A stretch of DNA of 64,000 nucleotides from Paraspadella gotoi (lineage: Eukaryota > Animalia > Chaetognatha). Shown here one piece after another: positions 14,346 through 43,589 of this stretch. Both the position numbers and the translations under genes were made by a program. The DNA is taken from contig CM119263.1 in assembly GCA_051294375.1 (NCBI GenBank), forward strand, positions 12,896,620 through 12,960,619. The letters are read 5' to 3'. Each line of letters opens with the position of its first letter. Position 1 is the first letter of the stretch. The notes below the pieces were generated by a model, which was given only the letters and a program-made list of their open reading frames with translations, ran no database searches and was not told the DNA's origin.

Positions 14346-15570
14346 TAGATCAACAGCTTCCTTTCCTCGTAAATTTTTCATTTATTTTTTTAAAAGTTTA
14401 AATATTCAATTTCAAGTCTTTTTTTTTCGATATCAAATCATACCTAAAAGTACTAACAAAGAGAATTAAAACGGTGAAAAAGTCAATCAATCAATCAATA
14501 TTTTCGAACCAGCATCCATGTACAGTCTCTTCCGCCCACCCAAGTTTCTCCGTCTCTTACCTTCTCCTAAATTGACTTTGTCTTCGGCCATTCACCCCAC
14601 CCCAACCTCTCTGTCATTCCTGCCACCCCAAGCCCTACAACAACCGCCTTATAAACCTCCTCGCCCATCGCCGCAAAATTGCGTCTCGGGTCGCGTCTCA
14701 CTTTCGTCCTCAGGAACGAGATACGCGTCGTGTGCGACGAGAGGTCGGTGGGCGTGGCGCGAGGCGTTAATAGAATCGGTGACGGCGGTCGACAGTCGGA
14801 GCAGTCGGAGCAGTAGGAGCAGTAGACAGCAGTAGGAGCAGTCGGAGCAATTGTAGCAGTTGGAGCAATCAATCAGAGCAGTCGGAGCAATCAGAGCCGT
14901 CGGAGCAGTTGGAGCAGTCGGAGCAGTGGAGCAGTAGGAGCAGTAGAAGCAGTAGGAGCAGTCGGAGCAGTCGGAGCATCGGATTAATCGGAGCGGTGAT
15001 AAGCGAAGTCGCGAGTTTAAAATGTAGACAGCAAGAAGAAAAATGACAGGCGCATCAGACACAACGTAACCCAAGTTAAATCTGTAGTAAATTATTAAAA
15101 ATGACAAATCGAAATATTTTAATTATAACATTAAAAGTTTGAAACTAAGTCGATTGAGCGAATTTATAACGAAGGGCAACGTTACATCGTGCGTTAAACG
15201 ACGTTGACGAGAGACAAGAAACAAAGACGAAGACGACAAAGAGGAAATCGAAGACAAAGACGAAAACAGGCGAAGAAAGACAGGAAGACAAAAGACCAAG
15301 ACGACAACGATGAAATCAAAAACAAAGACGAACCAGAGGCGAGAAGGACAGGAAGACAAAGACGACAACGACAACGACAAAATCGAAGACAAAGACGAAA
15401 ACTAAGCGAAGGAGGACAAGAAGACAAAGAAAGACGAAAAACAACGCGAAGACGACGAAGAAGGCAACGACGAATTTTCAGTTTCAGCACGACGGAGGAA
15501 TAGATCGATAACCATTATCATAAGGCAGGTAATGATTAGACGAGATCTCGATTTAAAAAGATCAACATTT
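10788..15570 (+). repeat. Copy B, full ~4.8-kb unit; its tail (about 14420-15570) recurs directly at about 9620-10780
   Basis: Direct sequence comparison, including the (GGAGCAGTC)n and GACGA/GACAA-rich arrays. Confidence 0.9.
14790..14980. repeat. 9-bp minisatellite (GGAGCAGTC/A)n; also near 9990-10185 and inverted near 8840-9025
   Basis: Visible tandem units. Confidence 0.85.
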
Positions 15571-15575
15571 CTCTA

Positions 15576-17895
15576 TGACACAATGAAAATGGACCGCTTA
15601 ACGTTACTGTGCCGTGCATAAAAAAATATTTCACTGTTCAAATATTATCTAGTATTTCCTTTTTATTTTTTGAAACGTTATATGTTTATATGTCCATATC
15701 CAAAAATTCAATGCAAAAATTTTTTTTGTTTTTAGATGATGGACCGAGCATATCAGGGTGAAAGGATGATAAATTTTTTTAAAAAAGTTTTATTCATTAA
15801 TTTATTCCGTAGAATTTATAAAAAAATTAAAAAAATAAATACGTACCTAATAGTTAGTGTTATGTCTCACAAATAGACTGCGGAAAAAAAACCTCATTTA
15901 AAAATTCGATCGGAAGTGCCGGTAACTAAAGGCTTACCAATTGCATCCTCAACGACCGGATTGTTCTCTTCAACTAATTTTTTAGTTATTTAATAGCATT
16001 GAATAGCCGAAAAAAAGAATAATTCAGTAATGCAGGTGTATAATAGGGTACAGAATAATCTCGGGTAACATATCTTACTGACATGATACCATGACCTTTT
16101 TATGATGTTGTGAATGGGGGCATGTAAAGATATCTAAAAAATTCTGATCATAAGTCAGTCAATGAACCCTTTCTAACTGGCTATTACGAGAAATATTTTT
16201 TTCTTAATTAATAATGGATGATAAATAATAGAATTAATTCCTTGCTATATTTAAACAGAAATTATTCAATTACAATTAACACCAATGATTCTTGTTTTTC
16301 AAATATATTGCCAGCTAATATATATTTTTTAAAAACTTTAATTATGAGTAAACGAAGCAGTGTGTCAAGCTTTTAGTTTTGCAGTTAAAGATAATTAAAA
16401 AATGCCGATTTTTTCACGGGCTCGCAGCCCAAGAGGTAAGATGTCAGAACTGTTTATATCAATGCTGAAAACATTTTGTATTGATCATTTTTGATATTCT
16501 AAAAAGAATTTTATCAAACTACAATATAAAGTTTTTTGCTTGTTTTTACTTTAACTTAAAAAATATATAAGCAGTTTTATGGAATAAAGAAAGATTTAAT
16601 AATAACAAGAATGTAATTTCAGTCTTTCCTTTTTTAAAATTACAAAGAAAAAATAAAAAATTTCTATGCCTTCATTTAAAATTTAAAGCGCAAAAAACTG
16701 TTATAATTTAACTCTGATTTAAACAAAGCTGTGTAAAGATTTTGGTTTAATTTAATAAAACTTTAGGAAAGGTGTCCCCATGATTAGGCTTTAATTATTA
16801 CCACACGCAGATCTTGCTAGCCTCTGTTTCTTTCAAAAGTTATTAATAAAATATATTTTTTTTAAAGCTACGTCAGTACAGAATCTTTTTGAATAAATAA
16901 AAATTTGGTCAAAGCGGGAGTAATCTCACTTATTCTATGGTAAATACTTAAATTTTAAAATAAACTTGAAGAAAATTTTTTGTCATTTAGAGACATATCA
17001 ACTTTCAATGTACCCATCGTATAATAATTGAATTTATTTATTTCCCCAAAAAAAGCCCTATTAAAAATAGCTGAAATTTTCTTCAAATTTGTTGGAAAAA
17101 AAATTTCCTCCGACCCTATACTCATTGAGAATAATGGTTTGCATAGAAAATCAATAAACAAAAAAATAAAAAATCAGCCTCTAGAAAAATCGAAGGCTAG
17201 AGGCTGAATTTTTTTAGAATGCAGAAATTTTTTTCCTAACTCGAAATCATTATTCTCAAGTTTCAAAATATTTTTTTCGCCAAAATCATTCAATCAATTT
17301 TTTTTTATTATTTAAAATGTTTTTATGATGTTGTTTTTGTTTGAAAGAAGTGAAAAAAGTGAAAATATTAGTAATATATAAAGGTTATTTGGAAATACCT
17401 CTAAAATATTTAGATAATTAAACCAAAGGGAGTAAGCAGAAAAACTCCCATTCTATAAAAAAAATTGAAAATGAATTTGTCATATTGTTTATTTTAGATT
17501 AATTGACTAATTACAAACATATGATTCAATATAAATTGAGGAAATGATGGGTAAAATAAAATATTTATCATCTTGGTTCGGTTAACTATTAAGTTATCGT
17601 TAAAATTGTTTTAAAATAATTTAATATTTTTTTTGCATTTATAAAAGCCCAATGGTCTACAAATTTTGTAAGCGTTTCGAGCTATATGGCTTCAATCTTT
17701 TTTAACTATTTTTGAATAATAGTTAGCTTTTTTGTTGATGGTATAGGGTTATGGTCAGACACAGTAATGTCCAGTAGTGTATATCGCACATATTCACAAA
17801 AGTAATTAATCAATTAATTTGGCTCAGAAATAATTTAAAGGGACAAAATCAGCAACGAGACAGAAAACGCCACGTTATTTTTCATTGTGTCTTAA
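15576..17895. mobile_element. ~2.3-kb non-autonomous TIR DNA element, probable TA target-site duplication
   Basis: Ends ta|tgacacaatgaaaat (15574-15590) and atttttcattgtgtcttaa|ta (17877-17897) are inverted repeats. The inverted copy near 8180 joins the two flanks without this segment (empty site). AT-rich, no transposase ORF. Confidence 0.6.
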
Positions 17896-19742
17896 TAGAA
17901 TTTCCGTTCAAAATCTGAACTACCCAAATTGCAAACGCGTATGCCAAAAATCGTGGTAGAAAATCAGTTGTAAAAACGTCAGGATTCCGATCAGCGTTAC
18001 ATCTGAAGACTTTGTCCTATACGTTTTTTCACAATTTGATGAAGGATTTGATATCGAAGCAAGCCAGGGGAAATGCAACTCCTCAAGTCCTCATAGTCAA
18101 GAGAATTTTTCAAACTCAATTTTTACGTATAGAATTGAAAGGGAAAGTTACAAACTGAAAAGTTGGCAAACGGGATTGCATAATGTCTGTTACATGAGAG
18201 ACTTCGAATTTCGCGATTCGAAGCTTTGTGGTCTGAATAGCTTTGTCCCTATTTTTCTGTTTTTCATTTTATAATGATTTTGACATAAAATGATCAGGTT
18301 AAATGAAATAGTCTGGTTTGAATTCGCGAAATTTTTAATTTAAAAAGAATTAAAAGGAAGGTTGAGAAAAAAACTATTTTTCCTATATCTTTTTGAAGGA
18401 ATAAAGTATACGGGATGGCAATAGTACTAAATGAAGCCAAATCAAAGGGCAACTTACAAGATACAATTTTTTTTTTAAGAATTACTTATACTGAACTCCT
18501 TACAGGAAGTTGTCAAACTAAGTCAAAATTAATAATGAATTTTAAAACTAATGACACCCATAAGTAAAATGAAAATTAATATTTTTAAATGTATTCTAAA
18601 GAAAAAAGGCTAAATGTTACTCTATAAAACTTTAAAGTTTTTTGGATAAAGAGAAATGTAATTTTTTGTCCACTTAAATATTTGCTTGTCTGATTTTAAG
18701 CATGCTTACAAAATTCTACAAAAATATATCTACCGCAATCACAGCCTAAGTATTTAATCCTTCTTTTCCACTAAGCAAAAAGTAAAGCATTATCTATTGA
18801 AGAGTAAAGGGATGTTACTGAAAGAGTGGAAAAGACATTCAACTTCTTCACTTTTGATGTTATTTTTTTTCAATAATAAAATAAGCGATTTTTTTGAATT
18901 ATTTAACTCTCACAGGCTTCATAGATATTACACTTTCATAAATCCAATGGTTAATGTAATGTTATTAATATTTTTTAACCCAGAAATCTGAATAAAATAA
19001 AAGAAAGTGTGGATTCCATTCGCTCGTTAAGATAAAAAAAAAATTAACTAGCGGAAATTATAAGTTGTAAAGAGGAAGTCAAGAACGGCGAGAATCTTAA
19101 GAGGCGAGAATGTTGAAAAAAGGGGAGAGGAATTTTGGTTGTTTTGGTCGATTTCCTTCTAAACATGGGCCAATTTAAACGTAACTTAAGATTACATTAT
19201 TACCAGTCAATTCTTATCCAAAAATATAAAAATATTAATGNNNNNNNNNNNNNNNNNNNNNNNNNAAAAAAGGTTTGGGATCGACTATAGGAATTTGGTT
19301 CTATAACGATAAAGAAAAAAAAACCGAGGAAAGAAAAAGTTGGCGAGTGACGAGACTAGAAAAAAGAACAATCGATTACCAGGAAAACTTTTATTTCATT
19401 AAAAACATATACATTTTCACCGACTCTTTTACACGATCTCAAACGTTTTCCTAAGAAATATATATATACAAAAAACATTAAAAATTTGTCACTGGCGGCT
19501 CGAATATGACCCCCTTTTACCTCGACGCCATAAAGCGGCTAAAGCGGCGGCGGCAGCGGTAGCGATGGCGGTGGTAGCCTCAGCAACGTCGTTGGTAGCA
19601 AAAATGCACAACCTCTTGACATATTTCTTCGCCACGAAATCGTAAATCCAACCCTTTTTTTTCCCGTAATACATTTTCCTCCCATTTCCTCGACTTTCTC
19701 CGGGTTATTTGTTTTTCTCATACTTTTCTTTAATATTATCTT

Positions 19743-19807
<65 letters not shown>

Positions 19808-20473
19808 CTCTCTCTCTCTTCGGGTGTCTATCGCAAGCTTTCAGTCCTCATCTTTCTCTTTCTCTCATTTTCGGTCCCCTTTTCCTCATCGCTACTCAAA
19901 GACGTGAGCCCCGGAGAGGGAACTAACAATATTTCCTTTTTTTTTCTTCCACGTCGTCATCGTCGTCTTTTTCGTCGCGATCGTCGTCGCCCTCCTCGTC
20001 GCGATCATCTCCGGCGCCATCTTTCTCGTCGGACATGACGTCACGGTCGTTTCCGGCGTCGAGTTCCTCTCCTTCCTCCTCGCTCTCCTTCTCTTCCTCC
20101 TTTTCCCATATTTTCCTCAAAGCTGCCGAAGGTTGAAAGCGGATAAAAAGGAGAGGGAAACAAAGGTGAAGGATTATGGCAAGGGGTTGAGGGGAAACTC
20201 GGCTGACCCTGAGGAGGAGGAGGAGGAGGAGGAGGAGGAGGAGGAAGAGGAGGGGAAATATTGATGAATAATCGCGTCGAGGAAAGGAAATTTACGAGAT
20301 GAATGAGAAAATTAGGAGGAGGTGATTTCAGGAGTGGGAGAAGGTCGCTCAGGACGGAAGACGGAGAGAACAACATCTTGAATACGGATTATGAAACAAG
20401 AGCGAAGGGAATCGGTGGTTAAAATAACAAAACAGAATCGACAGGAAAGGCCGAGGAAAGAAGGAAGAATTCG

Positions 20474-35766
<15,293 letters not shown>

Positions 35767-38700
35767 TGAGCCGGTTTCTATTTTCAGACTTTTACGGGAA
35801 AATATATGTTTCAGACTTAAATGTATCTTTTTCGAATTAGTTTTTTTTTATACTTACTTAAAATATAATTCTTTCTTTAAAATCCCGTAGTCAAAAAAAA
35901 AAATATACACATAAAAAATTAATGAAAAAAAGTCGTTAATAATATTTTCATTTTTATAAAAAAAATCAATAAAAAAATTACTTAAAATTTATACAAAAGC
36001 AAAGAAACTCGGTAACCGACTGAAGTACGCCATCGAGAAATCGGAAACTTCCCCCCCCCTTTTCGATGAAAGGAAATGGAGTCACGTGTCGGGTACGGCG
36101 TCGGCTCGAGACGATAATAGGGTTATTCTCGAATAAAAAACCCACGAAGAAGGAATAAATAGATACCTACGATATCATAATGATATTATGAAAAAAAAAT
36201 CCATTGATGAAAAAAAAGAAGAAGAAAAAAAAAAGAAAAACACACATACACACACACACACATTTGCAAGAAACTCTCTGCAGTCGCGGAGTCGATTCGA
36301 CGCCAACGCAAAATATATTGAAAAAAAAAAATTCTCTTCCATAAAAACATGGAATATTTTTCCTGGTAAAACACATTTGACGCCGCCATCGTCGCGAGAC
36401 CGCGAGGGGCGAGAGGGTAGAGAGGTTACGGCAGAAGAGGGCGGCGTTCTTCGGACTTGGCAGACGCGGGCCCGCGCGCCGGATTTAGCTAGGGAAGTCT
36501 TAAGATCGAATCCGTTTTGGATTTTGGTTTTTTTTTCATTCATGGCTGTCGCGATAATTCAATGAAAAACTTTTTTGATCTCTCGATTAAAAGATCAAAC
36601 CGATTCAGGGCTTTAAAGCTTTTTTTTTTAGTCTTCATTTCTCATTTTTCTTTGTGGTCGTTTTTGTTGTTGAAAAAAAAAAAGAATTATGACACCATAT
36701 TTTATATATATATAGATATATATATGATAGTTTCTAATTATTTAAATCTATTTTTATATCTATTTCTATCTTTCTCTATATTTCAATATCTCCTTATCTC
36801 TTTTTTATATTAATACCATAAACAGTATCTCCTTTTCTTTTCATTCTCTATCTGCATCAGTCTTTGCCTTTTTCTTTTTGAATCTCGTTCATCCTAATCC
36901 CATTCTCTCTATTTTTCTCTCCATCTCTTTATCTCTGCCTTAGCCTCTACCGTGAGATCCTCATTAACAAAATCTGAGAAAGCAATTTTGACGGAAAATC
37001 TATTAAGGAAAGTCCAAAGGGCGAATCACATTCGAGATTCTCGCGCGGAACGATTCAAATTCAATTTCTACGAAAAAACCGATGGAAAAAAATTGAAATG
37101 AAACGACGAAGATAAAGAATTTTCTTAAAAGAAAGGGGCAGGCCGGCAGGGGTTAGAAATGAAAGTTTTACCGAGAGAAGGAAAGGTGGATGGGGAAAAA
37201 AAGGGAGGGAGAATGCAAGAGAGAAAAAAAAGGAAATAAATGGAGAGGGAGTGAGGGAGAGAATGCAAGAGAGAAAAAGGGAAATAAGTAGAGAGGGAGT
37301 GAGAGAATGCGAGACAGAACGACGAAATCGCTGACGAAGAGAAAATGGAAGAAAACTTCACGAGGGATCGACGACAGAGAACAACAACAGCAACAACAAC
37401 AGCACCGATTCTGAAAAAAAAGGAAGTAAAAACAAATCCTCCGCGGCTTCCTATTCACCCCCCACCGCTGGCGCAGACGACGCCGCCGAAGCTAGCGGCG
37501 CCGCGGCTCGCGTGACGCCGAAGGGTGATTTTTTTTTCTGGAACCCGGCGTCGGTGGCGTCGCGTGTTCGGGTGACATTTTCGCGGCGTCGTGCGCCGTC
37601 GTCGCCATCGCATACGACGTCAGTTTACGGTTTAGCGCACCAAAACATAAACAACAAACGCAACCTCGACGAAACGCTGGCAGATTTTTTGGGGAATTTT
37701 TTTTACTTTTCTGACTTTATGTTCATCCTTTCTGTTGTAATTATCTTTGATAATAACGTCCCGCCTTTTATTCTTGTTTATTTTTATAACTTTAATATTA
37801 TCATTATTTTTGTCGCGTCTTCCTTCTCTTCCTCCTACCCCTTAAATCCAGATTTCCTTTTCCTTTTTTTGAAAAAAATTAAAATTTCAAGTTTTGAAAA
37901 ATAATTTTGGTTTTTGTGGTTATTGTGGGAGTTCGGCGAAAAATATATCGAAAAAGTTACATGATTTGTACTGTATTATTTTATTACAAACCTGACTAAG
38001 AAGACGGTTGACGTTTTAAGCAAGTTTATAATCTACTGCAAAATTTCTGAAATCACGAGATTGGTTGTTGTAACGCAATGCAGTAGTGGCATGCTTAATA
38101 TGATGGTTGAGGAGATTCGCGGAATGATTATCTTTGTTCAAATTAGAAAGGGGCAGACAAGGCGACAACTTTTCTTAGCAACTTTTATCAAAGAGGCAGC
38201 GGGAGGCGACGGACGACGGATTATTTGTGGAGGCAGGGTGAGACAGGAGAGGAAGTGGCTGGAGCGGTGATGGCGGCGGCGGAAACGGCGGCGGCGGCGG
38301 CGGCGACATTAACTTAATAAAAAAGTAAAAAAGAAAATATGGGAAAAATTCTGAGCGCCTCCTCCTCTCTCTCGTTCTCCCCCCTCGGCTTTGTGTCATT
38401 GAAGAACCGGGAAATGATGAAGGATTAGCGTCATTTGGCCCAGGAACTCGGGGAAGATGGCGCTGAGGGGCAGCGGGAGGGGACGACGATGGGGGGGGGT
38501 AGAGGCTGCGTCGTTGTCAGCGCCTGCGGATCAAAATCGCTCGTCGATGGAAGGGACAATGAAAAATGCGGAGGCAGAAAGTGGAAACTGTTGCGGAATC
38601 GAGAAACGGATAGGAACTGGGTCAATCGGGAAACGGAAATTAATTTTTGAAAAAAGGTTGGAAGTGAGTCGTGTTTTGACCACGTCATTTATGTTATAAT

Positions 38701-39777
38701 TTATGGATACGCCCTTAAATGAAGTCACCGCAAGGCTTTTTTTTTACCTTGTTAACAAATAACTATGCTTGCTCTCTGATTTTTTTTATAAGAGTATTTT
38801 ATAAGAATATTTTATAAAGATCACTTAATATCATTCAAAATAGAAAACGATAGATGATGTAAAAATAACTTTAAAGAGCGGTAGATAAATTTAAACTTAT
38901 TGGTCGAACTCTGTTTTAATTTCATTAGACATTAGTAAGCGTTATACTATTTCCCTAACCCCAATCCGCGGCTGACACTTTAATTTTTGAGAAGAACGCA
39001 ACCAGACTGCTTCTATCACTATCACAGTATCAGTGACGACCAGGTCCTCTGACCACTTTCACTTTTTCAAAGCGTCGGGCTTTCTATTCTTAATTTCTTC
39101 GATCCCAAAAATCCGTCTTTCGTCACAAATACGTTTTCTTCCTATGTTACCCGATCAATATTTCTTTTTGGTACCTTTACACTTCTTTTTATGGTTCTTC
39201 TTATGCCTGATACTCCCTCAATATTCTTTCATCGACCTAAATTCGTACTTATAATTTAGTGTTAGACTTTTTCCTTCTTTCCTCTCACCGCCACCATCCC
39301 TTCCCACGCATTTCCCTTCTTCTTTAGATTCCGCTTTCTCTTTCGTCACCACCGCCCGGAACCACAGTCTCAATCGCTAAAAAAGCCCAACTTCTAATAT
39401 TCTCAGTCGTTCCTTTTATGGCTTCGAGGATTTATCACTTTTCAAGCGGCAAGCGGAATCAAGGAATAAAAAGGAGAGAGAATACGGAACCGTTACATTT
39501 ATTACGAAAACTTTTTCGAGGAGGGGGAAACTTTGGCGGGGGAAAGGGGGAGAATGAAAAAGGATTGAGATGCGGGTGAACGTTGAGAGAAGAGAGAAGA
39601 AAAGGAAGGACGTCAAAAGAGAATTATGAGGTACATGTAAATGAAAGAAATTACAGAAATTTATCACCAGTCGCAGTGCTTTGGGTAGTTAACTTAACTT
39701 TACTTGGGTAGTTAACTTATTCTTTAAAATTTTTTGTAGATGTATCTAAATTACGTTTTGATAAAGAGGGAGAGGGA

Positions 39778-39861
<84 letters not shown>

Positions 39862-41033
39862 GAAAGGAATCTCAATTACGGCGTGGACTGGCATCCATCC
39901 ATCATCTCGGAGACGCCATCGCCGCCAAATAGCGTTTCCATGCCAACTGAGGAAGCGCTCGTCCGTTGCGCTCGCTGTAATCAACAGGGACCCGGCGAAA
40001 TTAAATGGGCTTGCTTCCCCCCAACTAAGCTAGTCGCCTCTCCATAGAGACGACAGTTGGCGCTTGGAAATTGCTTTCGTTCGTAAATGAACTCGTGGGA
40101 ATACATTGAGTTTGTGGGGCTTTTTTCTTTGATATGATATTCCAATATATTTTACCTAAAAACCTCATAAATTTTGAACGGTAAAACGTTATTATAATAA
40201 CTAATTACGATTGTCGGTGTCAGACTTTTTTTTATAAAATTTAAAGACGACGAACACTTAATTTTTGCGCAATATGAATATAAATATTATCATGATTTTT
40301 ATTGCTCTCGAGAGTAGATGTTCAATTTGTCCAGATGTCCATTGCCCATTCGTACAACCTCAAACTTACTAATCAATTGAATTTCGCTTTCGTTTAATAT
40401 TAGTTTTTTATCGTTGCTGTCGCTTTGAATAACTAACGTGGGCGTCGACTCGTGGATATCGGATTTTATTCAATACCAATTAATTTTCCATGAAAAAAAG
40501 GTAAAAGTTATTTACCGCCAGGATGGAGGAATTAACGACGAGAATCAATCGGATGTGGTTATTTACGGATTACGACGATGGATCGAGTAAATTCACTGTT
40601 GCAAGAATATAAATTTTTTTTAATTAAGGAAAATAAGGCCAATATTCGTTTTCCGAATTAAATTTGTATGTACCTCGTCTCTCTCTTATTTATGCAAAAG
40701 TCATGAAATTCCTTCACTTTTGATTCGATAGATGTAGTAGTGGAAGACGAAAAACAAATTTTCTCAATTTTTCCAGAAACAATGGAAATGGGAAATATGT
40801 TGTTTTTAAAATCCCACTCCAATAAAGACATATTTTACTCCATTTTTTCCTTCCAGTTCAACGCTCGCTCCCCACTCTTCCACGCCCACTCCGACTTTTC
40901 CCGCCTCGTAGACGTTCTTGGTCGCCGTCAGAGGACCGCGCCTTCCGAATCTCTCAGTGGAAATCATGTCTATCTTACTTTCCCTGGAATTCCACTTTTT
41001 TATCTTTTCCTTTCTTGTAAATGGCTCCGCCTT

Positions 41034-41094
<61 letters not shown>

Positions 41095-41254
41095 TCTCGA
41101 TGATGAATCGACTCGTGACAAAAGGGGAGAAAAAACTCGTTGAAAATCGGTGACTGACTCGTTACGTCTCTCCAAAACGGATATTTTTTTCATGGAGGTG
41201 AGGCCGTTTTCGAAGTAGGTGGGGGTGATCGGACCTGTTTGACGACGAGGGCAT

Positions 41255-41306
41255 TCAAGGCGAGGGGTGTATTGAGGTAGTCAGGTCGTCAGGTGATCGT
41301 TGGGAG
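41255..41306 (-). CDS. Candidate terminal exon of the membrane-protein gene (SSQRSPDDLTTSIHPSP*)
   Basis: Phase-compatible with the phase-2 donor at 42952, but the acceptor is weak (cattttaag) and there is no homology support. Confidence 0.25.
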
Positions 41307-42397
41307 CTTAAAATGTTTTTTCTCAAAAGAATAATGCATGTATTTATTGTTAATACGAACCCCCCCCCCCGTTGCCGTTGTGTTATTGCAATTCTTATCT
41401 TTTTTAACAAGGAGGCGAATTTGAAAACGACAAAAAGGCACCAAATGACTTCCGTGCACAAAATGACTCATCCCGAGTTCAACAACCGGTTTAAATTTTA
41501 TTTCCCGGAAACGGCAACCAACTTTAAAAAAAAAACACATTAGATCTTTAGGTTATTTCAAAATGCGCCGACTGTAAAAGTTAACGAGCATCAAGGAATA
41601 AAACGAAGCAATTTAGGAACTAGAAATAAAAAAAAAATAAAAAAAAATAGGGAAAATGGCAACGCTTAACGGAATTTCAAAATTTAAACCGCAGAAAGCG
41701 AACGCATCTCTCGAGGATAAAGATCACGCGTCTGTACAACTCGCTTCCAGCTAAAATTTAGCCGCGTTTGATTGAACATTGAACGTACAAATTGTTATTT
41801 TTTTTACAAAGTTTTTATTTAAAATATCTATAATTTTTTTAAGGACAAAAATAAATTTCAACTTTAGGGCGAGTCAACTCGTCATCATTCCAGAAATATT
41901 CCTGTTTTTTCCTCTTTGGAAACATTCCTCTTTCCTCTTTCCTCTTTCCTCTTTCCTCCTTCCTCTTTGGAAACATTCCGCCCACGCCCATCGACCCACG
42001 AACACTCCCCTCGGAACTGTTGACGCCGCGAGAAAAGTCTTAAAACAAACGAGCGCTCCTCGTCGCGCGTCTCATTGTGATTCCCCTGAACCTCGTCTCG
42101 TTAAATTCGCCAACTTTCGCCCTCCGACCCATTTCCGCCACTTCGGCTCCTTCAATCCCACTCATCCACTCCGAACACCAAAGCATCTTTGACAATACAC
42201 CACCCCGTCCCCCCCCCCCGATAGTTGCCACCCTCCCGTCTTCGCCGATATCCGTGTCTCTATCTCTTCCGCGATTGTAGTGTCGTTAGACCGCGAGTTT
42301 ATTCATCAGCGCCGAACTCGCATAAAGATGTGATAGAGGATAACGAAAAAATATTAAAGACGCCCCCGGGACTCAACGAGAGCGTCGTTACGAGAGA

Positions 42398-42476
<79 letters not shown>

Positions 42477-42951
42477 AGAGAAGAGATCAAAAAACATTTC
42501 CATTTTCCTTTCCATCTTTTTTTGCATATACAGGGTGTTCTGTGCGAATGGAGAAGGCTGTTTTTTTAATTTTGAAAAATATTATGGTATAGGATAAAAA
42601 CTCATCACAACATCAAAAAAACTTTGGAAAGATTTTTAACAACCCTTTTTATTTTTTTTTGGAGGGGGGGCCCTTTTTTCTTTTTTCCCAAAAAAATACG
42701 TATGATAGAAACGCCTTTTATTAACCCATTAAATTAATCTATGACAGAAAGCTGAGGACACGACTCCGCTAATTTAACGAGTCTTATCACGCCATTCTTC
42801 TGAGCCAGGATATTTTTAAAGAGAGATAGATACTCGTAATACGATTCGTCATTTTTCATTCGAAATTTTCTTCATGGTGTCCAACCCTAGCCTAAATCAG
42901 GTCAACCCAACCCAATTCGAATCTCTTCCCTTTCCCACCTCACAAACTCAC

Positions 42952-43325
42952 CTCGAGTCCTGCGGGTCTCCGCCCCCCGCGCCGGGGTCTTCCGCCACGG
43001 CGCAGGAGCACTGCGAATCGAAGGCGGCGGCGCCGACACCGCCGCCGTTGACGTCTCTGGCGGGAGCGGCGACGATGGAACCATCGGGCAAGGTGACGAA
43101 TCCGCCGGCGGAGCGTTGGGTGGCCTCGTTGAACTGGGAGATCTTGAGGGAGGCGAGGATGGTCAGCGAGAGGCCGATGACCATCGTGATGATGCCGGTG
43201 ACGAGGATGATGTACTCCTGGCGGCGATACCATCCGCCCGGCGAACGTCCCTCGTGTTTCCGTTGCTTGTGCGTCATCACAGAGTCGGTGCCCTGGGCAG
43301 AGCCGTAGCCCTCGTCCGGGTCGTT
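42952..43325 (-). CDS. Next exon of the same gene, encoding a single transmembrane helix (probably type II topology)
   Basis: Long pyrimidine tract ending catcatgcag|AAC, phase 0 matching the upstream exon; basic HKQRKH...RRQE then hydrophobic YIILVTGIITMVIGLSLTILASL; donor AG|GTGAGT, phase 2. Confidence 0.8.
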
Positions 43326-43589
43326 CTGCATGATGGAGGTGAAAGGTGGGATGGGAGATGGACCGTGAAGAAGGGAAAAAGAAAATGAAACGACAATTCT
43401 TTTAGTGAAACTTTCTCTACGTCTTGTTTTTTTTATTTAATTCACACTACTGAAGGTCTGAAAACTAAGGCCGACACATGTATGTGAATTTTCATTAAAA
43501 AAGCAAAAAAATCAAAAATTCATCACAAGCAAGCGAAATTGACAAAACAAAATACTGCCAAACTCAATTGAAGTATGAAAAAAACTTGC

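Noticed and set aside
19489-20376. Poly-Pro, acidic and Ala-rich ORFs downstream of the unkempt-like stop
   Set aside because: No phase-compatible splice gave a sustained frame; probably 3' UTR or simple repeats.
42296-42315. CTGATGA on the minus strand as another hammerhead
   Set aside because: No stem II followed by GAAA; isolated heptamer.
42528-42545. TACAGGGTG Tc1-like terminus
   Set aside because: No matching inverted end seen nearby.
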